The notes beneath the pieces were generated by a model that was not told where the DNA came from, searched no databases, and saw only the letters and a program-made list of their open reading frames with translations. Positions 48,651 through 59,097 of a DNA stretch of 64,000 nucleotides are shown here, piece by piece (position 1 is the first letter of the stretch; each line of letters starts with the position of its first letter). The DNA comes from Candidatus Yanofskybacteria bacterium CG10_big_fil_rev_8_21_14_0_10_36_16. GTDB taxonomy: Bacteria; Patescibacteriota; Minisyncoccia; 2-02-FULL-40-12; IGHO2-01-FULL-4-A. The translations under genes and the position numbers were made by a program. The DNA lies in NCBI GenBank assembly GCA_002794035.1, contig PCXQ01000005.1, forward strand, positions 83,669 to 147,668, given 5' to 3'.

Positions 48651-50181
48651 AAATTACTCTAAAAGTTGCGTTGCTTTCGACAGCAGAATAAATTAAATTA
48701 TCATCAAATTCAAGATCAACCATTTTAGCCGGAAAATTATACTTCCCGCAATTGTCAGGATACTGTGGATCATCCAATTCATCACAGTTATAAATATCTG
48801 ATGGGTCTCCCACTCTATAAACCTGGAACTCAAAATTATCATCATCTGTTGAAATAAATGCAAAATCACCAACCACGAAAAGGTCTAGCACCTCAACAGC
48901 TTTGTTGGGTCCCGCATTGCTTGGAATAAACTTTGAACCAAGCTCAGCAATATTATTTAAATCGGAAATATCCAATATCACAAAGTTTCTTGCATCTGTA
49001 TTATTATAATTGCCTCCATCCCTGCCTAGATATGCCTTATTGCCTAACAAATACAAAGATATAGCATCGAAATCCTTTGTAGTATCATATTTCATACCTG
49101 TAATATCAGGATGAATCATATAATCAGGGCTTGCTGGATTTATGTTAACAGCCATAAATTCACCAGTGTCATCTGATGTTGCAAAATAAGCATAATCACC
49201 TCTTACAATTATACTATTAATGTTGTGGGTAATTTCTAATTCTGCAATTTTGCTATACGGCGCTATGCCGCTAAATATTTGAAATTCCTTACCTCCTGTT
49301 TTGTGAGTACCCACGTAAACTTTTCCGTCATAATAATAAATAGAATTAGCATTGGGATTATTCTCCTGGTCTATGCCTAAAATATCCAAAGATTTAGTAG
49401 CAACGGAATAAGGAGGCACAACGGAACTTATGTCTATTATATGCAATTCAGAAGGCTGAGTATCCCAAGAACCCCTTGATAAAGCGAAGGCCAAATCTTG
49501 GGTGGCATCTGCAGTATTAAGACCTCTCTCTGTTGTTTCAACTGACCCAGCCACAAATGCATTTAGAGGATCATTAATATTAATAAGCCATAAATCATTT
49601 TCAGAGTTATGAGCAGTAGTTAAAATAGCATATCTGCTAGAATTCTTTTTTATTATGTCTATGCTGGTTGCAGGAACACCGGCATTGCTTGATCTTTCGG
49701 ATGGCGGATCTATAGTTTTCAAATCATAATCTTTAAAAGTATTAGGATACCACCATTCACTAATAGGAGGATTGTCGCTTCCACAGTCACCATCAAGAGC
49801 TTCTGCCTCATTGATACTAATAACATCTGTTTTAATTTCTATATGCTGGCTTCGACTAGCTTCTGTTTCCCAATTAACCGTACCTATAACTCTTCTTTTA
49901 CAAACATTGATATCTAAAGCGGTAATTGATTTATTAAAAATGTCTTCGCTTGAAGTTGCGTTAATGTCTGCATAAAAATTATTTTTAATTTCAGCCCTTC
50001 CGTTTTCAACCAAATTCCTCGTTCTATAAAGCGCATCATTGTTTATCTCATTTTCAGTTGCAATTGTTTGATTGCCAAAAGAAATCAAAATCAAAGCTGC
50101 TATTGCAAGCGTAATAATACCCAGAGCAATAACTATCTCGAGAGTAGCAAGACCTGAATTGTATTTAGTATAAAATTTCAT
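48628..50181 (-). CDS. Prepilin-type protein with LVIVD-like beta-propeller repeats
   Basis: SG|LATLEIV; repeats such as VRGDYAYF, LLGNKAYL, VVGDFAFI. Confidence 0.8.
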   Translation of the reverse strand: MKFYTKYNSGLATLEIVIALGIITLAIAALILISFGNQTIATENEINNDALYRTRNLVENGRAEIKNNFYADINATSSEDIFNKSITALDINVCKRRVIGTVNWETEASRSQHIEIKTDVISINEAEALDGDCGSDNPPISEWWYPNTFKDYDLKTIDPPSERSSNAGVPATSIDIIKKNSSRYAILTTAHNSENDLWLININDPLNAFVAGSVETTERGLNTADATQDLAFALSRGSWDTQPSELHIIDISSVVPPYSVATKSLDILGIDQENNPNANSIYYYDGKVYVGTHKTGGKEFQIFSGIAPYSKIAELEITHNINSIIVRGDYAYFATSDDTGEFMAVNINPASPDYMIHPDITGMKYDTTKDFDAISLYLLGNKAYLGRDGGNYNNTDARNFVILDISDLNNIAELGSKFIPSNAGPNKAVEVLDLFVVGDFAFISTDDDNFEFQVYRVGDPSDIYNCDELDDPQYPDNCGKYNFPAKMVDLEFDDNLIYSAVESNATFRVIFDDLSQY

Positions 50182-50182
50182 A

Positions 50183-50641
50183 TTAATAATCTATTCCTCC
50201 TTCAAAATTAATAGATATTGTTGCTATTTTAAAGCCGTCACTAATTAAAATAACATTATTACTTACAAATCCTGTATTGCCGGATAACTGGTTAAAAATA
50301 ACAACATTGGTGTCCCCACTAAAAACTGTATTTTGTTCAAATGGAATATTTTGATCGTAACTTGAGTCCCTTCCTATAAAATCAGAGTCTGTCTGAAATA
50401 AAACATAACGGTCATCTTCTATTTTAACTCCGTGCTTTGATTCATTAATATTTGCCATTGCCTTAGCTCTGGCTCTGTGCAACACACTAACTGCAGTATC
50501 TCTTTCTGCACTAAACGCATAACCTCTATAAAAGTCCATGCTTAAGAATAACCCCAAAGAAGCTATAAGCGAAATAATAGCCATTGAAAATACAACCTCC
50601 ATAAAAGAAAATCCAGAATTGTAATTAGTAGTATGTAGCAT
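50183..50641 (-). CDS. Prepilin-type protein (FimT/GspH-like)
   Basis: SG|FSFMEVV, ARAKAM. Confidence 0.82.
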   Translation of the reverse strand: MLHTTNYNSGFSFMEVVFSMAIISLIASLGLFLSMDFYRGYAFSAERDTAVSVLHRARAKAMANINESKHGVKIEDDRYVLFQTDSDFIGRDSSYDQNIPFEQNTVFSGDTNVVIFNQLSGNTGFVSNNVILISDGFKIATISINFEGGIDY

Positions 50642-50659
50642 GTAGTAAGTATTAAGGGA

Positions 50660-51040
50660 TTAAGAATGGATTTTTTTTATTTTATTTATAAGACCATTCA
50701 TTAACTTACTTATGATAACTGATTGACCAGCCAACTTGTTAAAATCATTGTTTTTTAAATATTTAATATCCCGCGCTATTAAAAGTTGATTCTGAACTTC
50801 TGATAACGACCCTAGAGACATATAGTAAAAATTTACTTTCTCCTTGTAAGAATTCCTACTAAACCCTTCAGCAATGTTAGAGGTAACAGAAACAACAGCT
50901 CGTCTCAACTGGCTTGTTAAACCAAATAATTCTTCTCTTGGAAATTCTTTTGAAACCTTATAAATACCTAAAACCAAATTATGTCCTTCCTGCCATACTT
51001 TTAAATCTGTAAAACTTTTTATTTTTGTACTTGTATTCAT
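50660..51040 (-). CDS. Four-helix-bundle protein (23S rRNA IVP family)
   Basis: FTDLKVWQ, FPREELFGLTSQLRRAVVSVTSNIAEG, GSLSE. Confidence 0.92.
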   Translation of the reverse strand: MNTSTKIKSFTDLKVWQEGHNLVLGIYKVSKEFPREELFGLTSQLRRAVVSVTSNIAEGFSRNSYKEKVNFYYMSLGSLSEVQNQLLIARDIKYLKNNDFNKLAGQSVIISKLMNGLINKIKKIHS

Positions 51041-51089
51041 GCTTACTACCAACTACTCACTACTTCACCCATAAATCGGCGAAACCGAT

Positions 51090-52202
51090 TTATGGGTGAA
51101 TGTTTGCCGTAAGCTGATAAATAGGTGTAATAACAGATACAGCAACAAAGCCGACTACAAAACCCATTACCACCATCAGCACTGGCTCAAGGGAACTGGA
51201 TAAATTCTTAGTCAACTCATCAACTTCATTTTCATAATAATCTGAAAGATAAAGCAAACTCTCACTTAAGTTTCCTGTATTCTCACCAACAGACAATGTC
51301 TGCAATACCATTTCTGAGAAAAGATGAGGTACGTCAACTATGTTTTCTGAAATTCTTTTACCCCTCGTTATGTCGTCAGCAATAACATAAGTAGCTCTGC
51401 GATAAACATGGTTAGACATTGTATTCGCGGTAATTTTGGTAGCCTTAACAACATCAACTTGACTCTTAAGCAAAAGCCCCAAAGTTCTGCAAAAACTGGC
51501 CTGCTGATAGTCGCGAATCAATTTACCAAAAATTGGCAAATTAAGAAAAACCCTATCTGTCATGTATCTAAAAGGATTCACCTTTGAATAAAGGCCGTAA
51601 AAAATAATAGCTCCTAAAAATCCGGCAACAACCATTATTAAACCAAAATTAATCAAAAAAGAGCTTATGGCTATCATTGCTTTTGTAGTTGCGGGAAGAG
51701 TACCGCCAAGTTGAGAGAATATTGGTAAAATCTTAGGAAATATAAAAGCAGTAATAAGACCAGATATTAAAATAGTAGCAACGCTGACAAAGGCAGGATA
51801 AATAAGGGCGCCTTTTACTTTTTTTCTAAGACGATAACTTTTCTTAAGTTCTTCAGATAAATAATTTAGATTTTGATCCAAAATACCGCCTTCCTCACCA
51901 ACCTTCATCATGCTTATACCAAACTCACTGAAAACTTTTTTAGAACGGCCGAAACTGGTAGATAAAAGCTGACCCCTTGAAACATCTTCCAAAATCTGAT
52001 TAAGGATTCTTTTTCTGGATCTTGAACGAGTCTGCTTTTTAAGCATGTTGATACCGTCAATAATAGGTACGCCGGCTTTAATCAAAAAAGACAAACGCTT
52101 AGCTAAAACCGCCTGCTCCTTGATTGATACACGCCCAAAAGGCAACCAACTTAAGTCAAATTCTTTATGGAGAAACCCTTTCTTTTTTACATTTTCGGTC
52201 AT
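51090..52202 (-). CDS. pilC: Type IV pilus platform protein PilC/GspF
   Basis: Two T2SSF repeats, VGEEGG, ALIYP, LEP. Confidence 0.9.
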   Translation of the reverse strand: MTENVKKKGFLHKEFDLSWLPFGRVSIKEQAVLAKRLSFLIKAGVPIIDGINMLKKQTRSRSRKRILNQILEDVSRGQLLSTSFGRSKKVFSEFGISMMKVGEEGGILDQNLNYLSEELKKSYRLRKKVKGALIYPAFVSVATILISGLITAFIFPKILPIFSQLGGTLPATTKAMIAISSFLINFGLIMVVAGFLGAIIFYGLYSKVNPFRYMTDRVFLNLPIFGKLIRDYQQASFCRTLGLLLKSQVDVVKATKITANTMSNHVYRRATYVIADDITRGKRISENIVDVPHLFSEMVLQTLSVGENTGNLSESLLYLSDYYENEVDELTKNLSSSLEPVLMVVMGFVVGFVAVSVITPIYQLTANIHP

Positions 52203-52225
52203 AATAAATATGTTATTTAATTAAA

Positions 52226-53476
52226 TTACTCATGTATAACCCTCAATACCTCACTTATTGTAGTTACACCGGATGCTGCTTTTTTAAGCCCATCCTCAAC
52301 CATTGGCACCATTCCATTTTTTATAGCCACATTTCTTATATCACTAGATGAAGCCTTATTCAAAATAGCTTCCCTAATATCATTGTCTATTGCCATAACC
52401 TCGTCAATAACAACCCTGCCACGATAACCGCTAAGGTTACACTTATCGCATCCGCTTCCTTTATAAAACTTCCTATTGATTCCTACAGCCTTAGCCCCAA
52501 GAGCATCAACCAAACTTTTGTGTTCCGCATCGGTAATAGTTTTTTCAACCTTGCACTCGTCACAGATCCTCCTTACTAAACGCTGACCAATAGCAACGTT
52601 AACAGTAGAAGCTGCGAGGTAAGGCTCAACCTTCATGTCTAGTAATCTAGGCAATGTGGTAGCAGCATCGTTAGTGTGCAAAGTTGAAAGCAAAAGGTGG
52701 CCGGTTAAAGCAGTGTTAACTGCAAGGCCGGCTGTATCTTCGTCTCTGATTTCACCCACCATGATAATGTCGGGGTCTTGTCTTAACATAGATCTTAAAC
52801 CTGAAGAAAAGGTGAGGCCTGTTCTAGTATTTACCGGAACCTGTTTTATATTTTCAATTGCATATTCAATAGGATCTTCAATGGTAATTATAGAAACATC
52901 ATTGGTGTTCAACATTTTTAAAATAGTATAAAGAGTAGTAGTTTTACCGGAACCGGTTGGTCCGGTAACCAAAATCATTCCGTAAGGATTTCTTGAAGCC
53001 TTTGCTACCTTATCGCTATCTTCTTTATTAAAACCAAGAGACTCCAGCGTAAATTGCTGGGCCTTATCTGAAAGCAATCTCAAAACAGCACTTTCACCAT
53101 AATAAGTCGGGGTAACTGATACCCTAATATCTATTGAACCCTCTCCATTATTTAAACTAGACCTATAACGTCCATCCTGAGGAACTTTGTGTTCATCAGT
53201 TCTCAAATTAGTTAAAATTTTAATTCTTGAAATTATTTCATCAAGCATAGAACCGGGCAATTCATATATGTCTTGCAAAACACCATCTATTCTAAATCTG
53301 ACTCGAATCTTGTCACCACAAGCATCAAAATGAACATCAGATGCTTCAATATTGTGAGCATGCTCAACAACATAATCCAATAAATTAATTATCGATGCTT
53401 CCGGTCCTAATTTAAGCTCTTCCTCAACCTTAGTTTTGGGGTTTATTTTCCCTTCTGTTTTTTTCTTTTCAACCAT
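52226..53476 (-). CDS. pilB: Type IV pilus assembly ATPase PilB/GspE
   Basis: ASDVH, PQDGR, GPTGSGKTTT, LRQDPDIIMVGEIRD, tetra-Cys. Confidence 0.92.
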   Translation of the reverse strand: MVEKKKTEGKINPKTKVEEELKLGPEASIINLLDYVVEHAHNIEASDVHFDACGDKIRVRFRIDGVLQDIYELPGSMLDEIISRIKILTNLRTDEHKVPQDGRYRSSLNNGEGSIDIRVSVTPTYYGESAVLRLLSDKAQQFTLESLGFNKEDSDKVAKASRNPYGMILVTGPTGSGKTTTLYTILKMLNTNDVSIITIEDPIEYAIENIKQVPVNTRTGLTFSSGLRSMLRQDPDIIMVGEIRDEDTAGLAVNTALTGHLLLSTLHTNDAATTLPRLLDMKVEPYLAASTVNVAIGQRLVRRICDECKVEKTITDAEHKSLVDALGAKAVGINRKFYKGSGCDKCNLSGYRGRVVIDEVMAIDNDIREAILNKASSSDIRNVAIKNGMVPMVEDGLKKAASGVTTISEVLRVIHE

Positions 53477-53717
53477 ATTTTTATTCTTATTTAATATTAT
53501 TTACTAATTTACACTTACATAAATATACCACACTTATATTACTTTGACAAGATATAAATAAAAAGCCCCTTGTAGAGGCTTTTTGAAAAATAATCAAAGC
53601 CCATTTCTGATATAACATGCTGTCTTAGGCATTATAAACAAAAAAACCGCTCCCCGCAAATGGAGAACGGTATATTAATCCCCGCGATGGCGGGGCTGTT
53701 TTAAATTACTTTCTCTA

Positions 53718-55364
53718 CTACCAACTTCGACTGGATCCGCCGCCGCCGAAACCGCCGCCGCCGAAACCGCCAAAACTACTGCCACTGCTACCGCCACCGA
53801 AATTTCTACGGCTGCTAAAACTATGACTATGAGAACTTCTATTCCTGCGTCTTTTAGCTTCTTGTTTATCACCCTTTGCCATATCTTCTGCTTGAACAAT
53901 CAATGCACCCGCAGAAAGCAAAAGCGGAAAAACCACAAGCCAACCAGATCCTGATTTTGACAATTCTTTGGCTTCATTAAATTTACTCCTAGCTCTGGCC
54001 AGTAAGTCTTTTGCCTCTGACCCAACATCAGGATGTGAAACTTCTTCCTTGGCGTTGTTAATCCTAGTCGGAATTTTTGACAAAAGTCCGGGACCCTCTG
54101 TTCTCGCCCTTTTTGCATAATTTTTATCTTTAGAAATATAAGCTTCAACAATTACAAGAAGATCGGCAGCTGCTTTGATTTTTTTTCTAATCTGAATCCA
54201 ATCAGGCATTTTAACATTAGCATCGGAATCAGCTGAGGTTAAAAGCTCTTTGGCTTCATCAAATTTTTGCCGTGTTTTATCTGTAACATCAGGGTGCTGG
54301 ACATTGTCAGAAATCCTAGACATTAATCCCCTTAAACCGGGTCCGGTCACCAAAGCTATCTTCTTTGCTTCTTCAACTTCTAAAATTCTTGCTTCAATAT
54401 CGCCTTGCAATGAAACCACTTCTTCTACTCGTAGGTCTAGCTTAACCAATGCCTCATAAACTTGTTCGGAATTTTTCCATCCATTTTCTTTGGCAAAACT
54501 TACAATCTCATCAATTTCTTTTCTCAATTCATTACACAGAGAAATAAACTGATCAAATCTTAAATTAAGATCTCCCCAAACTGTTTCGGGATTATTTGAT
54601 CTTAAAGACCTTAAATTTTTTGAACAATAAATAAGACTTTCTTCGGCAGATTTGATTTTAGATTTATAAGATTTCACTGTTGCGACATTGTCCTCGTGCA
54701 ATCCCTTCAAATAATTTCTGCGCTCTAGATACTCTCGAGTTTTTACGACAACCAAAACAAAAAATAAAACTACAGCCATTGCCATGCCGGCAATCATCAA
54801 ACGGCTTTTAAATTTTCTTGAGCTCTCTTCACGGGCCAGTTTTCTTTTTTCTGCAGCAATGCGCCTTTCTTCAAGACGAGCTTCAAATGGCGTACTGCCT
54901 AAATGATCTATGATTCCGGCGACACCGGAAACAACACCATTCTCATAATGATTATTCTTGAAACTGGGAATTACAAAACTATCCATTATACGGCCCGCAG
55001 CTCCATCGGTTAGATCCGGTTCAAGGCCATACCCAACCTCGATTCTCATCCTTCTCTCGTTGGGTGCAATAAGAAAAACGATTCCATTGTCTTTATCTTT
55101 TTTGCCTACGCCCCATTTGTTGGCAAGGCGAATCGTATAATCTTCTACTGCTAATCCTTCAAGCGAATCAACGGTCACCACTGTCAATTCTATAGCAGTT
55201 TCTTTTTCATAATCACTCAAGGTCTTAGCTAATGTTTTTTCTATGTTAGGGGATAAAATATCGGCAAAATCATTAACATATCCCTGCGGTTCAGGAAATT
55301 CCTGAGAATAACCCAGAGATAATATAAAAAAAGATAAAACAAATAACTGTAAAATCTTTTTCAT
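53718..55364 (-). CDS. TPM-domain protein with long helical insert and Gly-rich tail
   Basis: YVNDFADIL, WGVG...DNG, RIEVGYGLE, GGFGGGGFGGGG. Confidence 0.88.
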   Translation of the reverse strand: MKKILQLFVLSFFILSLGYSQEFPEPQGYVNDFADILSPNIEKTLAKTLSDYEKETAIELTVVTVDSLEGLAVEDYTIRLANKWGVGKKDKDNGIVFLIAPNERRMRIEVGYGLEPDLTDGAAGRIMDSFVIPSFKNNHYENGVVSGVAGIIDHLGSTPFEARLEERRIAAEKRKLAREESSRKFKSRLMIAGMAMAVVLFFVLVVVKTREYLERRNYLKGLHEDNVATVKSYKSKIKSAEESLIYCSKNLRSLRSNNPETVWGDLNLRFDQFISLCNELRKEIDEIVSFAKENGWKNSEQVYEALVKLDLRVEEVVSLQGDIEARILEVEEAKKIALVTGPGLRGLMSRISDNVQHPDVTDKTRQKFDEAKELLTSADSDANVKMPDWIQIRKKIKAAADLLVIVEAYISKDKNYAKRARTEGPGLLSKIPTRINNAKEEVSHPDVGSEAKDLLARARSKFNEAKELSKSGSGWLVVFPLLLSAGALIVQAEDMAKGDKQEAKRRRNRSSHSHSFSSRRNFGGGSSGSSFGGFGGGGFGGGGSSRSW

Positions 55365-56026
55365 TATTGGCCCCTCCTGCTACTAGAAAAATCAACCTTT
55401 GGAGCTCTGTCGCTCCCCGCTTCAGCCTCAAAGTAAGGCTTATCTTGAAAGTCAGTGTCGAAAAATGACCTTGCAACAGAAACAAATACAACATCCGGGA
55501 AAGTCTTTTTAAGCGTGTTATAGCTTCGTGCTGATTCGTTATAATTTCTACGCTCAACAGCAATTCTATTTTCAGTTCCCGACAATTCATCCTGCAAACG
55601 AATAAAATTTTCATTTGCCTTAAGATCGGGATATCTTTCTACCACAACCATGAGACGAGAGAGCATAGAGCTCAAACCGTCTTGAGCTGTCTGAAATTGC
55701 GCCAAGCTTTCCGGGGTCAGCTGACTGGGGTTGATATTAACCTGACCAACTTTTGCCCTAGCTTCTGTTACAGCTGTTAGGGTGTCTGCCTCATGAGAAG
55801 CGTAACCCCTAACGGTTTCAACCAGATTAGGAATTAGATCAAATCTCCTTTGGTAGACATTTTCAACATTGCTCCACTGAGCATCAACTTTTTCTGACAA
55901 AGAAACCATATTATTATAAGATCCGATACCCATAAAAGCCGTAGATCCGATTATCAAAAAAAGTAAGATCCCAAAAGCAACAAGTGAGGTCCCAACAACA
56001 ACTAATACAGAGTGTATTTTTTGCAT
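55364..56026 (-). CDS. lemA: LemA family protein
   Basis: YQRRFDLIPNLV, ERYPDLKAN, TENRIAVERRNYN. Confidence 0.93.
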   Translation of the reverse strand: MQKIHSVLVVVGTSLVAFGILLFLIIGSTAFMGIGSYNNMVSLSEKVDAQWSNVENVYQRRFDLIPNLVETVRGYASHEADTLTAVTEARAKVGQVNINPSQLTPESLAQFQTAQDGLSSMLSRLMVVVERYPDLKANENFIRLQDELSGTENRIAVERRNYNESARSYNTLKKTFPDVVFVSVARSFFDTDFQDKPYFEAEAGSDRAPKVDFSSSRRGQ

Positions 56027-56556
56027 GTATTTTCTTTCTCCTTTTCTTTTTTTAAATTACTAAAAAATGCCTTAGTTTAGGCATGTTGAAATAATAACAG
56101 CAATAATAGCAACAGTCAACCCTCCACTGCCCAATGTTTGGATGCGGAGACGCGGCCCGACAACCTTTTAAACAAAGCGCCCCCGTCACAGCGGGGGTGC
56201 TTTTTATATTTCAGAAATATTTTACAAAACTGGTTCTGGAAGATTAGAATCAGCTTCTGAAACATCAGTTCCTATTGGATAAAATCTTGCCTGTAATAAT
56301 TTCAGGCCATTATTGTCATATTCCCAGTATTCGTTTTCCAAAAAGGCGGGGTTGAATTCTTCATCTTTGGTTCATATTGACATAATATGTATATATATGA
56401 TATGGTAAAGACATAAAATAGGTGATATAAATAAGGCCACTAGTTGGCTATATATAATACTTGTATTACTTTTAAGAACCTATATAATTAGAAAAATTAA
56501 ACATAATTAAAGATGTTAATCCCCTGTTGATATGAGGAATTAATATCAAGCTTTAT

Positions 56557-57564
56557 ATGACAAACATATACAAAATCGGGGGTAAAAAGCCAAAATTCTT
56601 GGTCGGTTTTTTCGTTTTAACATTCGTATTATCAATGACCCTGCAAATGGTTCCGTTTGGAGCTAACGCTCACACAAGCCCTTATGGAAGTGGGCCAATT
56701 ACAAACGTTACGGTTTGTCACTCAACCGGAAGTACCAGCAACCCTTATACAATAAATACAGTAGGAATCAGTAGTAGTGGCGCACCACAAGGAGGTCATG
56801 ATAGTAATAGTGGCGGCCATGGGGACGATATTATACCTCCATACCATTGGAGCGGAGGAGATTATCCAGGTAAAAATTGGACTTCTGAAAACGAAGATAT
56901 CTGGAATAATGGCAATTGTAATGGAGATGGTATTGTTGAAACGCCGACTCCTACTCCAACTGTAACACCTACAGCAACTCCTACTCCTACACCAACTGTG
57001 ACACCTACTCCTACAAATACAGCAACTCCTACTCCTACACCAACTGTGACACCTACTCCTACACCTACTCCAACTGTGACACCTACTCCTACTCCTACAC
57101 CAACTGTGACACCTACTCCTACACCTACACCAACTGTGACACCTACTCCTACACCTACACCAACTGTGACACCTACTCCTACACCTACAGCAACTGTGAC
57201 ACCTACTCCTACACCAACTGTGACACCTACTCCTACACCTACACCCGGAGGTGGTGGCGGAGGTGGTGGCGGCTTCTTCCCACAATCAACACCTACTCCG
57301 ACTCCAACCCCTTCAACAGGCTCAGGGTCTACGACACCTACCCCAACACCTGAACCAGCAGTAGGCGGTGCATTCACTGAATCACCCACACCTACCCCAG
57401 CAGTACTTGGCGCGGCAGTAATTGAACTTCCTGAAACATCACTTTCTTTTGCTGACAGGATGATGCTATCACTTTTCGTATCACTATTTATGACAGGAAC
57501 CTTAATGATGATGATAGGTTATGGCGCATTGCCTAAAAGAAGCATTGAGTGGCTTGAAAGATAA
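56557..57564 (+). CDS. Sortase-anchored surface protein with Pro-Thr stalk
   Basis: Signal peptide, VCHSTGS..NPY..GH..DIIPP head, (PT)n linker, LPETS plus TM helix and charged tail. Confidence 0.85.
   Translation: MTNIYKIGGKKPKFLVGFFVLTFVLSMTLQMVPFGANAHTSPYGSGPITNVTVCHSTGSTSNPYTINTVGISSSGAPQGGHDSNSGGHGDDIIPPYHWSGGDYPGKNWTSENEDIWNNGNCNGDGIVETPTPTPTVTPTATPTPTPTVTPTPTNTATPTPTPTVTPTPTPTPTVTPTPTPTPTVTPTPTPTPTVTPTPTPTPTVTPTPTPTATVTPTPTPTVTPTPTPTPGGGGGGGGGFFPQSTPTPTPTPSTGSGSTTPTPTPEPAVGGAFTESPTPTPAVLGAAVIELPETSLSFADRMMLSLFVSLFMTGTLMMMIGYGALPKRSIEWLER
56941..57246 (+). repeat. Coding tandem repeat (about 24-30 bp units; [10 protein letters not shown])
   Basis: ACACCTACTCCTACACCTACACCAACTGTG iterations. 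Confidence 0.9.
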
Positions 57565-57615
57565 CAATAAACTCTAAAAAATGAAAAGCGCCATTGGCGC
57601 TTTTCATTTTGAATA

Positions 57616-58227
57616 ATGGCAAATAAATTATACAAACATCTAGGTTTTATATTCATCCTTATAGCTCTTATCGGAATCGGTTGGCCTTTTTTGCGCCTTG
57701 GGTTTTTAAGTGATGCTACGTTTCTTGGTACAATTGCAGAAACAGAGAATATCCAACCCCCAATACCCGCAAGCGTCTCATTTGAATACACGCCATCTCC
57801 CAATGATTTCCCTGAGGATGTTGAGCTAAAAAATATAAAAAACAGGCTTGTGATACCGCAAGCGAATATAAACATGCCTTTGTTTTACTCTGACAATTCC
57901 CAAACCTTATTTAAGGGCGGATGGCTATGGCCTCACAACAACACTCCTGCCCAAGGCGGGAACACAGTCATTTTCGGACACAGGTTTCGTTTTCTACCTC
58001 CCGTAAAAAACACTTTTTACAACTTAGACAAAGTAAATATAGGCGATGAATTTTCACTAACATGGCAAGGAAAAATCTATACTTATCGTGTTGTTGAAAT
58101 AAAAATAATTGAGCCCACAGACCTATCAGTAATTGCTTCATCTGACAACTCAATTATAACCCTAATCACCTGCTCACCATTGTTCTCCACCAAGCAACGA
58201 CTTGTCGTTGTGGCTGAGTTAATATAA
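57616..58227 (+). CDS. Sortase
   Basis: GNTVIFGHRF, ITLITCSP, RLVVVA. Confidence 0.9.
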   Translation: MANKLYKHLGFIFILIALIGIGWPFLRLGFLSDATFLGTIAETENIQPPIPASVSFEYTPSPNDFPEDVELKNIKNRLVIPQANINMPLFYSDNSQTLFKGGWLWPHNNTPAQGGNTVIFGHRFRFLPPVKNTFYNLDKVNIGDEFSLTWQGKIYTYRVVEIKIIEPTDLSVIASSDNSIITLITCSPLFSTKQRLVVVAELI

Positions 58228-58346
58228 AAGTCCCGCCATCGGTGGGACTTAATTGTACGTTATTATAGAGTTGTTGATACATAGATTATATCATGTTATT
58301 CTCATCACAGCATCTTTAAAACATTCTACGGAAAAAGGAGGGCTAA

Positions 58347-58442
58347 ATGGAAATTTCTAGCAACACCTTTGGTTTCCTTGTGGTAATTTTAGGACTATTA
58401 CTAACCTACATCATCTGTGACACCTCTTCAAATTATAAATAA
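58347..58442 (+). CDS. 31-aa single-TM peptide
   Basis: SD AAGGAGG; MEISSNTFGFLVVILGLLLTYIICDTSSNYK. Confidence 0.5.
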   Translation: MEISSNTFGFLVVILGLLLTYIICDTSSNYK

Positions 58443-58459
58443 AACCAAAGGAGGAATTC

Positions 58460-59017
58460 ATGCCCGAGAAGACAGAAGGAGGATTTTGTTGGCACCAAAG
58501 CGAATTCACACCTTTTGGCTGGTGCCCTGACTTTGAAAAAAGGTTGAAAAACATCAAAGAAACCGCACCGCAAGATATATGCAATAGACTTATTGTTCTA
58601 TTTAAACCCGTAAGGGGTCAAATTCCCGAAGAAGTTGTGAGGGCAAAACAATTACACCTTGAGGCAATGCAGGCCTACCACAAAGCGAGAGAGGCTGATG
58701 AAGAGGCCATACAAACTCATAAGGGATCCATCACAACCCACAATATGACATGGAAGGCTTATCAAGAAGCGCCTCCAGAAAACAAGGAAATACTAAAGCA
58801 AAAATATGAAAAATCAAAAAATGATTGCTTTGATGCAAAGGAAAGGCAACAGCAGACACAACAAGCCCACAATAAAGCAAGTAAAATTTGTATTGAATCA
58901 GTAAGAAACTATAAAAAAGTTCTTGCTAAACACATAGAAACCATTGAAGCTCTGCATCGAAAAGAATGTCCTGAATGCCCGTGGAATGGGCGCGCCATTT
59001 TCTCGGAAGTGGTATAA
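58460..59017 (+). CDS. Hypothetical coiled-coil protein with terminal Cys/His motifs
   Basis: FCWH...helical core...EALHRKECPECPWNG; SD AAGGAGG. Confidence 0.7.
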   Translation: MPEKTEGGFCWHQSEFTPFGWCPDFEKRLKNIKETAPQDICNRLIVLFKPVRGQIPEEVVRAKQLHLEAMQAYHKAREADEEAIQTHKGSITTHNMTWKAYQEAPPENKEILKQKYEKSKNDCFDAKERQQQTQQAHNKASKICIESVRNYKKVLAKHIETIEALHRKECPECPWNGRAIFSEVV

Positions 59018-59058
59018 TTAAAATACCCCGTTCTGCCAGTGGCGGAGCGGGGTATTTG

Positions 59059-59086
59059 TCCCCACACTCATATATGAGTGTGGGGA
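59059..59086. repeat. Minimal palindrome made of the MITE termini
   Basis: TCCCCACACTCA-TATA-TGAGTGTGGGGA. Confidence 0.75.
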
Positions 59087-59097
59087 TTTATTTTAAA

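Noticed and set aside
50660-51040. Diversity-generating retroelement (Avd-like protein next to pilins)
   Set aside because: No reverse transcriptase and no TR/VR pair with A-specific mismatches noticed in the window
53718-53810. GC-rich CCG repeats
   Set aside because: Normal Gly-rich tail of TPM-domain proteins
56222-56383. Short minus-strand frame with an in-frame TGA, suggesting stop-codon recoding (code 25 or Sec)
   Set aside because: TGA ends real genes here (e.g. 8892, 24607, 32501) and conserved genes have no internal TGA; likely a fragment or noise
56722-57389. Cys/Arg-rich and Val/Gly-rich antisense ORFs; CRISPR-like periodicity
   Set aside because: Shadows of the Pro-Thr coding repeat; no unique spacers
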